The translations under genes and the position numbers were made by a program. The notes below the pieces were generated by a model that did no database searches, had not been told where the DNA came from, and saw nothing but the letters and a program-made list of their open reading frames with translations. A stretch of 64,000 nucleotides of DNA from an uncultured Clostridium sp. Lineage in GTDB: Bacteria; Bacillota; Clostridia; TANB77; CAG-465. Shown here in pieces: positions 51,850 to 60,846 of this stretch (position 1 is its first letter; each line of letters starts with the position of its first letter). The stretch spans positions 5,866 through 69,865 of the forward strand of contig CAOKPF010000001.1 of assembly GCA_948470565.1 (NCBI GenBank). The letters are read 5' to 3'.

Positions 51850-52713
51850 ATGAATAAAAAAGAATTTGAAAATAGTCTATTAAGTAGAAATGTGGTAGAA
51901 GAGTACTTAAATAGTTCCAATGAAGAATTAGAAAAAACTTTTGGTAACCAATTTATGAGAACAGTAAATTTTGGTTCTCAGAATAATAAGGAGCATCAGT
52001 ATGATTTATTTGAACATATTTTACGAACTGTTGATAATATTCAAACAAATCATCTCTCAAGGCATGATGTTGTTATGATAAAGGTGGCAGCTTTTTTTCA
52101 TGATATAGGTAAACCAAATGTTGCAAAGGTTAATGAACAAACAGGTCAAACTCAGTATTTTAATCATGCTAAAGAGTCTGCAAAATTAGCAAAAGATATA
52201 TTAGAAAAGTTTGGCTTTAATAGTTTGGAAATAAAGGAAATAAGTTTTTTAATAGAAAGTCATGATGAGTTTATACAGATGAAAAATATTACAGATGCTA
52301 CACTTGCAAAAGTTTTAAATAAAAAAACAAAACTTGGTTTTACAATTTCCAATTTTAGGAAACTAATAATTTTATGTAGGGCTGATGTTATGGCGCAAAA
52401 AGATATTATAACAGAAAATGGAAATGTTATAGATACTAGAGTAAATAAGCTTGATAAACTTGAAATTATTGAAGCATTGTTGCCAAAATCAATTGTATTA
52501 ACACAGCAAAAAGAACTTAATAGATTAAAAAAACAGTTGAAGAATTTAGAAATTGTACCTAAACCTATAAATATTAATGGTAAAGTAGTAAATCAGGGGC
52601 AAATCGATAATTGGTATAGAATGAAAGATGAAGAAAAGATAAGTAGGGTAACAGATATTAAAGATAAAATTAATAAATTAAAAGAAGAGGTAAGATTTTT
52701 ATTAGAGAATTAA
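51850..52713 (+). CDS. HD-domain phosphohydrolase-like protein
   Basis: AAFFHDIGKP HD motif. 287 aa. Confidence 0.6.
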   Translation: MNKKEFENSLLSRNVVEEYLNSSNEELEKTFGNQFMRTVNFGSQNNKEHQYDLFEHILRTVDNIQTNHLSRHDVVMIKVAAFFHDIGKPNVAKVNEQTGQTQYFNHAKESAKLAKDILEKFGFNSLEIKEISFLIESHDEFIQMKNITDATLAKVLNKKTKLGFTISNFRKLIILCRADVMAQKDIITENGNVIDTRVNKLDKLEIIEALLPKSIVLTQQKELNRLKKQLKNLEIVPKPININGKVVNQGQIDNWYRMKDEEKISRVTDIKDKINKLKEEVRFLLEN

Positions 52714-52776
52714 TATAAAAATAAGCTTTAGTTAATTACATTGTATTAATTATTTTGTTATATAAAATAATTGTTT

Positions 52777-52813
52777 CTTATCAATTGGTCAGTTGTAACT
52801 GACCAATTGATAA
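52777..52813. terminator. bidirectional terminator (perfect palindrome)
   Basis: ttatcaattggtcagtt|gtaactgaccaattgataa. Confidence 0.6.
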
Positions 52814-52927
52814 ATATATTTCCAATACTTATTTTCAAGTTATATATATCTAATTTTTTGAGTAATTTCTGCTATTTTCATTTTACCATTAACAGTTAAA
52901 GTTTGAACGTAAAAATATATAGTTATA

Positions 52928-53638
52928 TTATTTAAAAGGATCATGTGATATTTTTTTATCATTTTTCGGAAAAACACTTAAATTTTCATTAAAATCATAT
53001 GTAGCAAGGAATACATCTTCTACTTTTTTGTAATTTTGTTCTTTTAAATTTTTATTTAACCATTCCTCGTTTTTTCCAGCAGATTTTAAATTATCTTGCA
53101 GTATTTTTCCGTCTATTATTAAATTAGTAACTACTCTATCTTGTGTAGGGACAATACTTAGATCTTCTGGATTTGCTGGTCTTTTGGTACTTTTTGGCAG
53201 AAAACTAATTTTTCCATTAGCTTCATATATAGCAGTTTGTATATCTGATATGTTAAAATATCCATTAATTCTACATTCCATTAAAAACTCATTTACATCA
53301 AGTCTTGTTTTTTTCAAGTTTTCATTGTAAATGTAACCATTATCGTATAGTATTAAGGCATGCCCTTCAACAAATCGTCGTATAGTAATAGATTTATTGG
53401 TACAGTATGATATTAAAAATATAACTGCTGCATATATTAGCATTGCTACAAGTGGTTGTAAAAAATTATCTTCAAGAGAAGTAGACATTTCAGCCGCAAT
53501 TGAACCAATAGTTATACTATTTATATAATCAAACATTGTAAGTTGAGCAAGTTCTCTATTACCAAGTATTTTCGTAATAATGAATAATACTGTTATAGAA
53601 CTTAAAGATAATATAATAATTTTAATAATTTCCTCCAT
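52928..53638 (-). CDS. DUF421 (YetF/YdfS-like) membrane protein
   Basis: N-terminal 3-TM region followed by the DUF421 soluble domain pattern. Confidence 0.5.
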   Translation of the reverse strand: MEEIIKIIILSLSSITVLFIITKILGNRELAQLTMFDYINSITIGSIAAEMSTSLEDNFLQPLVAMLIYAAVIFLISYCTNKSITIRRFVEGHALILYDNGYIYNENLKKTRLDVNEFLMECRINGYFNISDIQTAIYEANGKISFLPKSTKRPANPEDLSIVPTQDRVVTNLIIDGKILQDNLKSAGKNEEWLNKNLKEQNYKKVEDVFLATYDFNENLSVFPKNDKKISHDPFK

Positions 53639-53764
53639 ATTCTTTCTCCTTGAATAATTGTTTTTTAATATTTTGAGCTTATTATAAATTAATATACAAA
53701 TAATAAAAATAAATTTTAGAATAAATTTTATTTAGACAAGTATAATGTTAATGGAGGTAAAAGT

Positions 53765-54016
53765 ATGCAATATTTTGTACTTTTTTTGACAGTATTAGCA
53801 GTAATAATCATGGCTAAATTTTTATCATGGCCGTTTAAAAATATATTAAAACTAATATTTAATATATTAGTAGGATTAATTATGATATTATTAGTAAATT
53901 GTTTTGGAGCAAAAATTGGTATACATATAAATTTTAATGTAGTAACTGCTATTGTATCGGGAATTCTAGGAATACCAGGTGTCATATGTTTAATTATTTT
54001 AAATTATATATTTTAA
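53765..54016 (+). CDS. bofA: pro-sigma-K processing inhibitor BofA
   Basis: 83 aa, two TM. NFNVVTAIVSGILGIPG matches the BofA motif (INLVTTAISGILGIPG). Confidence 0.75.
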   Translation: MQYFVLFLTVLAVIIMAKFLSWPFKNILKLIFNILVGLIMILLVNCFGAKIGIHINFNVVTAIVSGILGIPGVICLIILNYIF

Positions 54017-54076
54017 AAAAATAATTTGTATATAAATTTTAAATCTACAAAAAATAATAAAAAAATGGAGGAAAAA

Positions 54077-54631
54077 ATGAAATTTGTAGATTTAAAAAAA
54101 TATATAATAGGTATTTTTAGTATATCAATTTTAACATTATTATTATATATATCTTTAAATACTAATAGTACAATAAATTATATTTTAGCAAATACAAAAA
54201 AACAAATATATGCAGCTGCAAAAACAGATCAGAGTTCTACTAGTACTAAAAAGGGTTCTGATGGGTCTGATATGACACAATTACTTGCAAGGTTAATAAA
54301 TGGTGAAGCAAGAGGTGAACCGTATAAAGGTCAAGTTGCAGTTGGGGCAGTCGTTATGAATAGGGTAAAAAGTTCACAATTTCCAAATACTGTTTCAGGT
54401 GTAATATATCAAAAAGGTCAATTTTCCTGCGTAAAAGATGGGCAGTTTGATAAACCAATTGCAGAAGGCTCTACTGTGTATAAAGCAGCAAAAGAAGCGA
54501 TAAGTGGAGTTGACCCTACCAATGGAGCACTATATTTTTATAATCCTAAAACTGCAAAAAGTAAATGGTTATTCTCACTTAAAACTGTAGCTACAATTGG
54601 AAACCATAGATTTGGAGTGGAGGGAAAATAA
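54077..54631 (+). CDS. sleB: spore cortex-lytic enzyme SleB/CwlJ-like (Hydrolase_2)
   Basis: LLARLINGEARGEPYKGQVAVGAVVMNRV...IYQKGQFSC. ATG at 54077 after GGAGG (ORF track begins 54026). Confidence 0.75.
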   Translation: MKFVDLKKYIIGIFSISILTLLLYISLNTNSTINYILANTKKQIYAAAKTDQSSTSTKKGSDGSDMTQLLARLINGEARGEPYKGQVAVGAVVMNRVKSSQFPNTVSGVIYQKGQFSCVKDGQFDKPIAEGSTVYKAAKEAISGVDPTNGALYFYNPKTAKSKWLFSLKTVATIGNHRFGVEGK

Positions 54632-56019
54632 TGATAGAGAAATTTGAAAAAAAAATAAACGAAATAAAAGGAAAAATAAATAGTAAATATGTAGGTGTAA
54701 TAATATTTATGGTAGTATCTTTCCTTATAGTATATGGTGTTGAAATGACTAATAACTTTAAAAGGCAAAAACAGATTTCTCAAGATGATTATAATAAATC
54801 TCTTTATGAAATAGTAGGATATATAAATACAGTAGAGGCAGAACTTGCAAAATTACAAGTTACTACAACACCAAATTTGACTTCAACAACTCTTGCTAAT
54901 ATTTGGCGACAATCAAATATGGCAAAGGAAAATTTAGAGCAGTTACCTGTAAATCAAAAAGCTATGTCAAATGCATCAAAGTATTTATCACAGCTTAGTG
55001 ATTTTTCATATGTATTAATGAAACAGACTATATCAGATCAAAAAATTACAGATGAAGAATATGAGCAAGTAGCATCACTTTATACTAGTTGTAAAGAATT
55101 ATCTGATGTTATGCAAGATATATATGATGATTTGAATAATGGAGCTATAAAATGGGACGAATTAAAGAATAGTGGAGATGAGAAATTGCCTAATGTAGAT
55201 GTAGAAGAGGCAGTATCAAATATTGATAAGATTGGGAAAACATTCCAAGATTATGAAGGGCTAATATATGATGGAGCTTTTTCGGAGCATTTACTTACAG
55301 AAAGTCCTAAATTTTTAACTGGTCAAGAGGTTAGTAAAGATGATGCAAGGAAATACATACAATCTATTTTTGGAGAAGAGAATATAGAATATATAAACGA
55401 TGGAGAAGATTCAGATGGTAGAATATATTTATATACTTTTGAAGTAAAGTTAAAAGAAGCTGAATCAGTTAGAACAATATATATAACAAAAAAAGATTGT
55501 AAACTATACCTAATGGTAAGTGATCGTAATGTTGAACAAACAAATATTGAAATGGATAAGGCAAAAGAAGAAGGAAAAGAGTTCTTAAAAAAATTAGGAA
55601 TAGAAAATGTTATAGATACTTATTATCTTAGAGCTGAGAATATGGCAATAATAAATTATGCAGCTGTACAAAATGATGTAACATTATATCCTGATTTAAT
55701 AAAAGTAAAAGTAGCTTTAGATAATGGAGAAATTTGTTCAGTGGAAAGTCAAGGGTATATATATAATCATACAAATAGAGAAAAAATAACAACCTCTCAT
55801 AGTTTTGAAGAAGCAAAAAAAGTTATTAATAATAAAATAGAAGTATCAAGTCAAAATATGGCAATTATTCCAACAGAGTCAAAAAATGAAATACTATGTT
55901 TTGAATTTAAAGGGAAAATAGACGAAAGAGAATTTATAATATATATAAACGCAGAAACACTTCAAGAAGAAAAAGTATTATTAATACTAGAAACTCAAGG
56001 TGGAGTTCTTACAATGTAA
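54631..56019 (+). CDS. ypeB: germination protein YpeB
   Basis: N-terminal TM, about 460 aa. Translationally coupled to sleB (ATGA overlap), the conserved sleB-ypeB operon. Confidence 0.7.
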   Translation: MIEKFEKKINEIKGKINSKYVGVIIFMVVSFLIVYGVEMTNNFKRQKQISQDDYNKSLYEIVGYINTVEAELAKLQVTTTPNLTSTTLANIWRQSNMAKENLEQLPVNQKAMSNASKYLSQLSDFSYVLMKQTISDQKITDEEYEQVASLYTSCKELSDVMQDIYDDLNNGAIKWDELKNSGDEKLPNVDVEEAVSNIDKIGKTFQDYEGLIYDGAFSEHLLTESPKFLTGQEVSKDDARKYIQSIFGEENIEYINDGEDSDGRIYLYTFEVKLKEAESVRTIYITKKDCKLYLMVSDRNVEQTNIEMDKAKEEGKEFLKKLGIENVIDTYYLRAENMAIINYAAVQNDVTLYPDLIKVKVALDNGEICSVESQGYIYNHTNREKITTSHSFEEAKKVINNKIEVSSQNMAIIPTESKNEILCFEFKGKIDEREFIIYINAETLQEEKVLLILETQGGVLTM

Positions 56020-56052
56020 AAACAAATAATAGGGATAAATTAAATATCTCTA

Positions 56053-56841
56053 TTATTTTTTTCTTTCTTTATAGTTTTTTCTTTTTTCGCTTAATTGAAG
56101 CTTTATATCTAAAAACTGTTTATTAATTTTTTCGAAATCTAAATTTGGAAATGCTTCAATAATTCTTTTCTTAAATATATTTCTCTTGTCAATTATATTT
56201 TGTCTAATAATTTGAAGCTGCTTTAATATTTCTAAGTCTTGTAATTTTTCATTATTTTTTTCATTTATAGAATTTGCAAGTTTGGCAAAAGTAATTAGTT
56301 TTTCCCTTAAACTAAAAATAGTTGCAATAGTAATAGTAAAGTCAATAAACATAAAAATAATTATAGTACTTATAACTAAATGCTTATATGTATTAGGAAT
56401 AAAATTTATAATATTATTTGCAAATGGTTCAAATATATATGTAACTGCAAGGCAAAGTATACCAAATTCAGTAGAATTTAATAAACAGATCCTACCATTT
56501 AAGTTAAATTTATGTTTAGAATAATCCCACCATTTTGCATTAAAAATTTTTTCCATCATATAGCTAGTTATATATTCTAAAATTGATGTAGCTATCATTC
56601 CAAACAAAAAAATTATTAAAGGGTTATAATAGTAATCTGATAAAAAAAAAGTAATTATTAGACCACCAAATCCATATATAGGACAATAGGGACCAAATAA
56701 AAAACCTCTATTAACAATTTTTCTGTCACATATTGAACAATAAATCATTTCACAAGTCCAGCCAAGAATACTATAAATAAAAAAGTATAAAAATATAGTG
56801 CTAAATTCCATAAAATCACTTCCACTGAAATTATATATCAA
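56053..56841 (-). CDS. polytopic membrane protein (DUF1113-like)
   Basis: Multiple TM helices, YGFGG motif. TTGACA..TATATAAT promoter just upstream. Confidence 0.45.
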   Translation of the reverse strand: MIYNFSGSDFMEFSTIFLYFFIYSILGWTCEMIYCSICDRKIVNRGFLFGPYCPIYGFGGLIITFFLSDYYYNPLIIFLFGMIATSILEYITSYMMEKIFNAKWWDYSKHKFNLNGRICLLNSTEFGILCLAVTYIFEPFANNIINFIPNTYKHLVISTIIIFMFIDFTITIATIFSLREKLITFAKLANSINEKNNEKLQDLEILKQLQIIRQNIIDKRNIFKKRIIEAFPNLDFEKINKQFLDIKLQLSEKRKNYKERKK

Positions 56842-56960
56842 ATTATATATTTTGTCAATAAAATTTATATAGTCAAATATAGCTATTTATAGGGGAATAT
56901 TAATAAATTACAGACAAAAAAATATATAAATTAATATATATTAATAATTAATTTATATTT

Positions 56961-57836
56961 TTATGAGAGTTTATTGGGCATAATTTTGTTATTGTTTAAT
57001 CTCTTCGGGTTTAATTCCCCGACGCTTGCGTCGTAACAAACTAGGCAAACATTACGAAGTTTTGTTTGCTGGGGCGAATACCCCGCTCTCGAAGAGAGGC
57101 AAACATCTTTTCTAGATGTTTGAGGGCTTGCCCCGGGGAAGTTTATTATATTAAACATTTCTGTGATAAAAATTTTTGAAGTTGGACGTGAATAGGGGAA
57201 AAAATCATTTAAAACACTAGGAGTTGTATACTTATTCATTGTTGAAATAGATTTATCAATTGCCCATTTTACATGTAGATTAGATTTGGCATTATTTTCA
57301 TTTGCTATTATTTTATATAATTCCTTTTCAAATGGAGTAATAAGAGAGTTTTTATTTAAACAAATCTTTATACATTCTACTATGTACAAATAACCAGGAC
57401 TGCTTTTATTAAAATAGAAATTATTTAAAAGTTCTGATATCTTTGTTATAAAATCATTATTTTTTATCTTTTCTTCTATTATATTTAATTTATCTATAAG
57501 TTTATCAAAATCAAAAGGTTTTGTTAAAATTTCAGATATAGGAATATTAAGTCTTACTAATTCTTGCATTAAATAGGGGTCTCCTGTAATGATTATTATT
57601 TCTGGAAAATTTTTAATATCCTTTATTTTATTAATAAGTTCTAATCCATTTAGTTTAGGCATTTTTAGATCTAGTATCATTATATCAAATGAATTTGTTA
57701 TTAAATTTTTATATGCCTCTTCACCATTAATTGATATATTACTTACTATGAATTTATTTCCAGTGCTATTGTTAATATAGTTGAATATATTTTTTACAAA
57801 GTTTAAATCATCATCAACTATTAAAATCTTCTTCAT
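56961..57836 (-). CDS. Spo0A-like response regulator paralogue (REC + divergent Spo0A_C)
   Basis: REC domain (ILIVDDD...DIMILDLKMP). C-terminal similarity to Spo0A_C: GYLYIVECI versus GYLYLREAI; ELYKIIANENN...VKWAIDKSI versus VLYPDIAKKYN...VERAIRHAI; F.Y....K......F. It lacks the [12 protein letters not shown] helix. The last ~55 codons read through a GC-rich hairpin element and are probably not native. Confidence 0.6.
   Translation of the reverse strand: MKKILIVDDDLNFVKNIFNYINNSTGNKFIVSNISINGEEAYKNLITNSFDIMILDLKMPKLNGLELINKIKDIKNFPEIIIITGDPYLMQELVRLNIPISEILTKPFDFDKLIDKLNIIEEKIKNNDFITKISELLNNFYFNKSSPGYLYIVECIKICLNKNSLITPFEKELYKIIANENNAKSNLHVKWAIDKSISTMNKYTTPSVLNDFFPYSRPTSKIFITEMFNIINFPGASPQTSRKDVCLSSRAGYSPQQTKLRNVCLVCYDASVGELNPKRLNNNKIMPNKLS
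56985..57165. other. GC-rich nested-hairpin element (two tandem ~45-nt hairpin modules)
   Basis: Hairpins cgacgcTTgcgtcg, gcaaac..gtttgc, ggggCGAATAcccc, ctctcGAAgagag, caaacatc..gatgtttg, ccccgggg. Two aggcaaacat modules. GC content far above surroundings. Confidence 0.45.
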
Positions 57837-57930
57837 AAAAAATCACCAAAATGATTATATAATAATTCTGCGGTAACTTCAATACGTGAAATATCGTTTA
57901 TTAACATTTCCTTCTACTTTTTTCTACTTT

Positions 57931-57959
57931 TTTCGACAAATTTTGCAAAATTGTCGAAA
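57931..57959. promoter_or_regulatory. palindromic pair of Spo0A boxes
   Basis: TTCGACAaattttgcaaaatTGTCGAA, about 95 nt upstream of the Spo0A-like regulator start. Confidence 0.45.
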
Positions 57960-58344
57960 ACCTAAATTATAAGTTTATAATTATATGTATAAAAATTGTA
58001 ATTTTGTATAGAATAAATGTTAAAATAGTATACTTTAATATGTTATTTAATAGTTGGTATTTTGTATATGTATTTTTTATTGCTAGTATTTTCATAATAT
58101 CCCCTCCTTTATTTATATTAAAAAAATTATACAATATTTTTAATCGTCATTCAAATATTATGGAAGAAAATAGAAAAAAATAGAAAAAAGTAGATATTTT
58201 CAATTATATATACATATGTAATATGCTAAAAATTACATTATTTTAAATGAGCTTAAATTTTATTTTCTAATTTGTTGCAAAAATAAATAAAAACTATTGA
58301 CAAATAGCAAAAAATATAGTATTATATATACGCAGATTGGTTAT

Positions 58345-58420
58345 GGGCTATTAGCTCAGTTGGCAGAGCACTTGACTTTTAATCAAGTTGTCCGCAGTTC
58401 GAACCTGCGATAGCTCACCA
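58345..58420 (+). tRNA. tRNA-Lys (anticodon UUU)
   Basis: Cloverleaf: acceptor GGGCTAT/ATAGCTC, anticodon stem cttga/tcaag with loop cTTTtaa, T-arm GTTCGAAC, 3' CCA encoded. Promoter TTGACA-17-TATTAT at 58291. Confidence 0.9.
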
Positions 58421-58518
58421 ATATACCTATATTTTAGGTAAATGTTATAGAACTTTTAGCATTTAGTAATAAATGTTGAAAGTTTTTTTAAATTTATTTT
58501 TTATTAAGGTGGAAAAGT

Positions 58519-59580
58519 ATGTTTGAAAAATTAGAAGAATTATTAAAAAAATATAATGATTTGACAGAAAAAATATCAGATCCAGATGTAATAGCAGATC
58601 AGGAAGTTTGGAAAAAGTATATGAAAGAGCAATCTGCTATGAAAGATGTAGTGGATAAATATATAGAGTATAAAAATATAGAGGATAATATGAAAGAAGC
58701 AAAGGAACTTTTAAATGATCCTGAAATGAAAGAAATTGCAGAAGAAGAATATTATTCAAGTAAAGAAAAATTAACAAGTATGGAAGATGAGTTAAAGATA
58801 TTACTTCTACCAAAAGATGTTAATGATGACAATAATGTAATTATAGAAATAAGAGGTGGAGCAGGTGGTGAAGAGGCTGCGTTGTTTGCATATAATTTAT
58901 ATAGAATGTATACAATGTATGCTGAACTTAAAAGATGGCAAATAGAAATAATTGACATGAATGAAACAGGAATTGGTGGTTTAAAAGAAGTGTCATTTAT
59001 GCTTAAAGGAAAAGGAGCATATAGTAGACTTAAATTTGAAAGTGGTGTTCATAGAGTACAACGTGTTCCTGAAACTGAAGCAAGTGGAAGAATTCATACT
59101 TCAACAGTTACAGTTGCGGTTTTACCTGAAGTAGAAGATGTTGAAGTGGAAATTAATCAAAACGACCTTAGGATAGATACATATAGGGCTAGTGGTGCAG
59201 GTGGCCAGCACGTAAATAAAACATCATCTGCTATAAGAATAACTCATATTCCTACTGGAATTGTTGTTGCTTGTCAAAATGAGCGTTCACAGTTGCAAAA
59301 TAAGGAAACTGCAATGAAAATGCTTAGATCGAAACTATATGAAAAAAAGCAGGAGGAACAAGATAGTAAACTTGCACAGACTAGAAGATTGCAAGTTGGA
59401 AGTGGTGATAGAAGCGAGAAAATTAGAACGTATAATTATCCTCAAAGTAGAGTAACAGATCATAGAATAAATGTCACTATATATCAATTAGAAAGTTTTT
59501 TAAATGGTAATATAGATGAAATGATTGAAGCGTTAATTGCAGCAGATAGAGCAGATAGATTAAAAGAAGGAAATATATAG
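58519..59580 (+). CDS. prfA: peptide chain release factor 1
   Basis: PET tripeptide (RF1 PxT), [23 protein letters not shown] motif. 353 aa. Confidence 0.9.
   Translation: MFEKLEELLKKYNDLTEKISDPDVIADQEVWKKYMKEQSAMKDVVDKYIEYKNIEDNMKEAKELLNDPEMKEIAEEEYYSSKEKLTSMEDELKILLLPKDVNDDNNVIIEIRGGAGGEEAALFAYNLYRMYTMYAELKRWQIEIIDMNETGIGGLKEVSFMLKGKGAYSRLKFESGVHRVQRVPETEASGRIHTSTVTVAVLPEVEDVEVEINQNDLRIDTYRASGAGGQHVNKTSSAIRITHIPTGIVVACQNERSQLQNKETAMKMLRSKLYEKKQEEQDSKLAQTRRLQVGSGDRSEKIRTYNYPQSRVTDHRINVTIYQLESFLNGNIDEMIEALIAADRADRLKEGNI
59490..59580 (+). repeat. direct repeat copy 1 (native 3' end of prfA)
   Basis: 91 bp identical to 60653-60743. Confidence 0.85.
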
Positions 59581-59907
59581 TGTATTATATGGATATAGAT
59601 TTTTTATAATTTACTCTAACTAAAAACAAATAAAAAATATAATAAAAATTATCTTGAGCGTAAAAAGCCCAAGATTTTATTTTTATGAAAAAAGAAAAAT
59701 TATCAATTGCTTCTTGAGAGTTAAATCTTCACTCCATTTAATTCATAGAAACGATATTAAAAATATGTATAATAAACGAATAATTAAAAAATTATTATAT
59801 TTTATATGAAGTTTCTGAAAAAGTCCTAAAAAATTTTATAACAATTTTTTCAAGGCTCATATTTGTACTTTAAAGGCTTATTCTTTATAAAATATTGGTG
59901 AAAATGA

Positions 59908-59936
59908 TTGACAAATAGTATAAAAATGGTTATAAT
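59908..59936 (+). promoter_or_regulatory. promoter of the toxIN-like module
   Basis: TTGACAaatagtataaaaatggtTATAAT (17-nt spacer). Confidence 0.55.
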
Positions 59937-59942
59937 GAATAT

Positions 59943-60065
59943 AATAGGAATAGATATTTAATATCTATTTACAGTTTACAGTAAAAAATCAGGTGAACCC
60001 TACCAATAAGTGGGAGCTGTAAAATCAAAAGGTGGAGATCTAGGTCTTTACCTTTATATTTTTTA
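59943..60065 (+). ncRNA. type III antitoxin RNA (ToxI-like repeats) with short terminator
   Basis: Repeat 1, AGGTGAACCCTACCAATAAGTGGGAGCTGTAAAATC (59991-60026), closely resembles the ToxI 36-nt repeat AGGTGATTTGCTACCTTTAAGTGCAGCTAGAAATTC. A degenerate second repeat AGGTGGAGATCTAGG follows, then the hairpin aggtCTTTacct plus T-run, directly upstream of toxN. Confidence 0.55.
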
Positions 60066-60075
60066 GGAGTAAAGA

Positions 60076-60606
60076 ATGAAATTATATGCAGTAACAGATG
60101 AATATATAGACTATTTAAGACAATTTGATTATAAAGTTTATGATAATAAAGAAGATAGAAGAAAAGTAATGAGAAAATATTTAGGTATAGTTTTAATAAT
60201 AAACGATATGAATTATTATATACCAATGTCATCTCCTAAAAAAAGTGATTATAAAGATAATCAAATAAGAAAATCTATTGTTCCTATTGTCAGAGTTGTG
60301 TCAAATGAAGAAATTTATAATGTACCAGTTTTAAAAGGAACATTAAGGATTAGTAATATGATACCTGTACCAGATAGTGAATTAATATTATATGAACCTA
60401 AATATGAAAAAAATAAAAATTATAAGATATTGGTTGAAAAGGAACTTGAATTTATTGGAAAAAATGAAGAAATGATAAAGAAGTATGCAAGTATTATATA
60501 TAATCAAAAAATTAATAATTATGATGTATCTTATATAAAAAATGTTGTTGATTTTAAGTTATTAGAAGAAAAATGTAGAGAATACCAAAAGGCTAAAAAC
60601 AACTAA
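60076..60606 (+). CDS. toxN: type III toxin-antitoxin endoribonuclease toxin ToxN/AbiQ family
   Basis: MKLYAVTDEYIDYLRQFDYKV...YLGIVLIINDMNYYIPMSSPK matches AbiQ/ToxN N-terminal conservation (MKFYTI..YI.YL..FD.KV...GIVLEI...Y.APLSSPK). 176 aa. Confidence 0.75.
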   Translation: MKLYAVTDEYIDYLRQFDYKVYDNKEDRRKVMRKYLGIVLIINDMNYYIPMSSPKKSDYKDNQIRKSIVPIVRVVSNEEIYNVPVLKGTLRISNMIPVPDSELILYEPKYEKNKNYKILVEKELEFIGKNEEMIKKYASIIYNQKINNYDVSYIKNVVDFKLLEEKCREYQKAKNN

Positions 60607-60652
60607 AATATTAATTAAATGTTTTCATTAAGAATTAGGCAATGTAGCTACA

Positions 60653-60743
60653 AGAAAGTTTTTTAAATGGTAATATAGATGAAATGATTGAAGCGTTAAT
60701 TGCAGCAGATAGAGCAGATAGATTAAAAGAAGGAAATATATAG
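60653..60743 (+). repeat. direct repeat copy 2 (orphan duplicate of prfA 3' end)
   Basis: Identical 91 bp encoding the last 30 codons of RF1, with no start codon. Followed by the terminator at 60755-60790 (ttggaataa..ttattccag + T7). Confidence 0.85.
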
Positions 60744-60846
60744 TAATATTAATATTGGAATAATTTAGTTTATTCCAGTATTTTTTTGAATACGTAGAAA
60801 ATTTTTCTGATTTATAGTATAATTTTTTCTAGTAGGAGGATAAAAG

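Noticed and set aside
56961-57160. Treating the full 291-aa ORF including its GC-rich tail as the native Spo0A-like protein
   Set aside because: The last ~55 codons are the translation of a nested-hairpin GC-rich element and have low-complexity composition. The native C-terminus probably ends near ...EMFNIIN.
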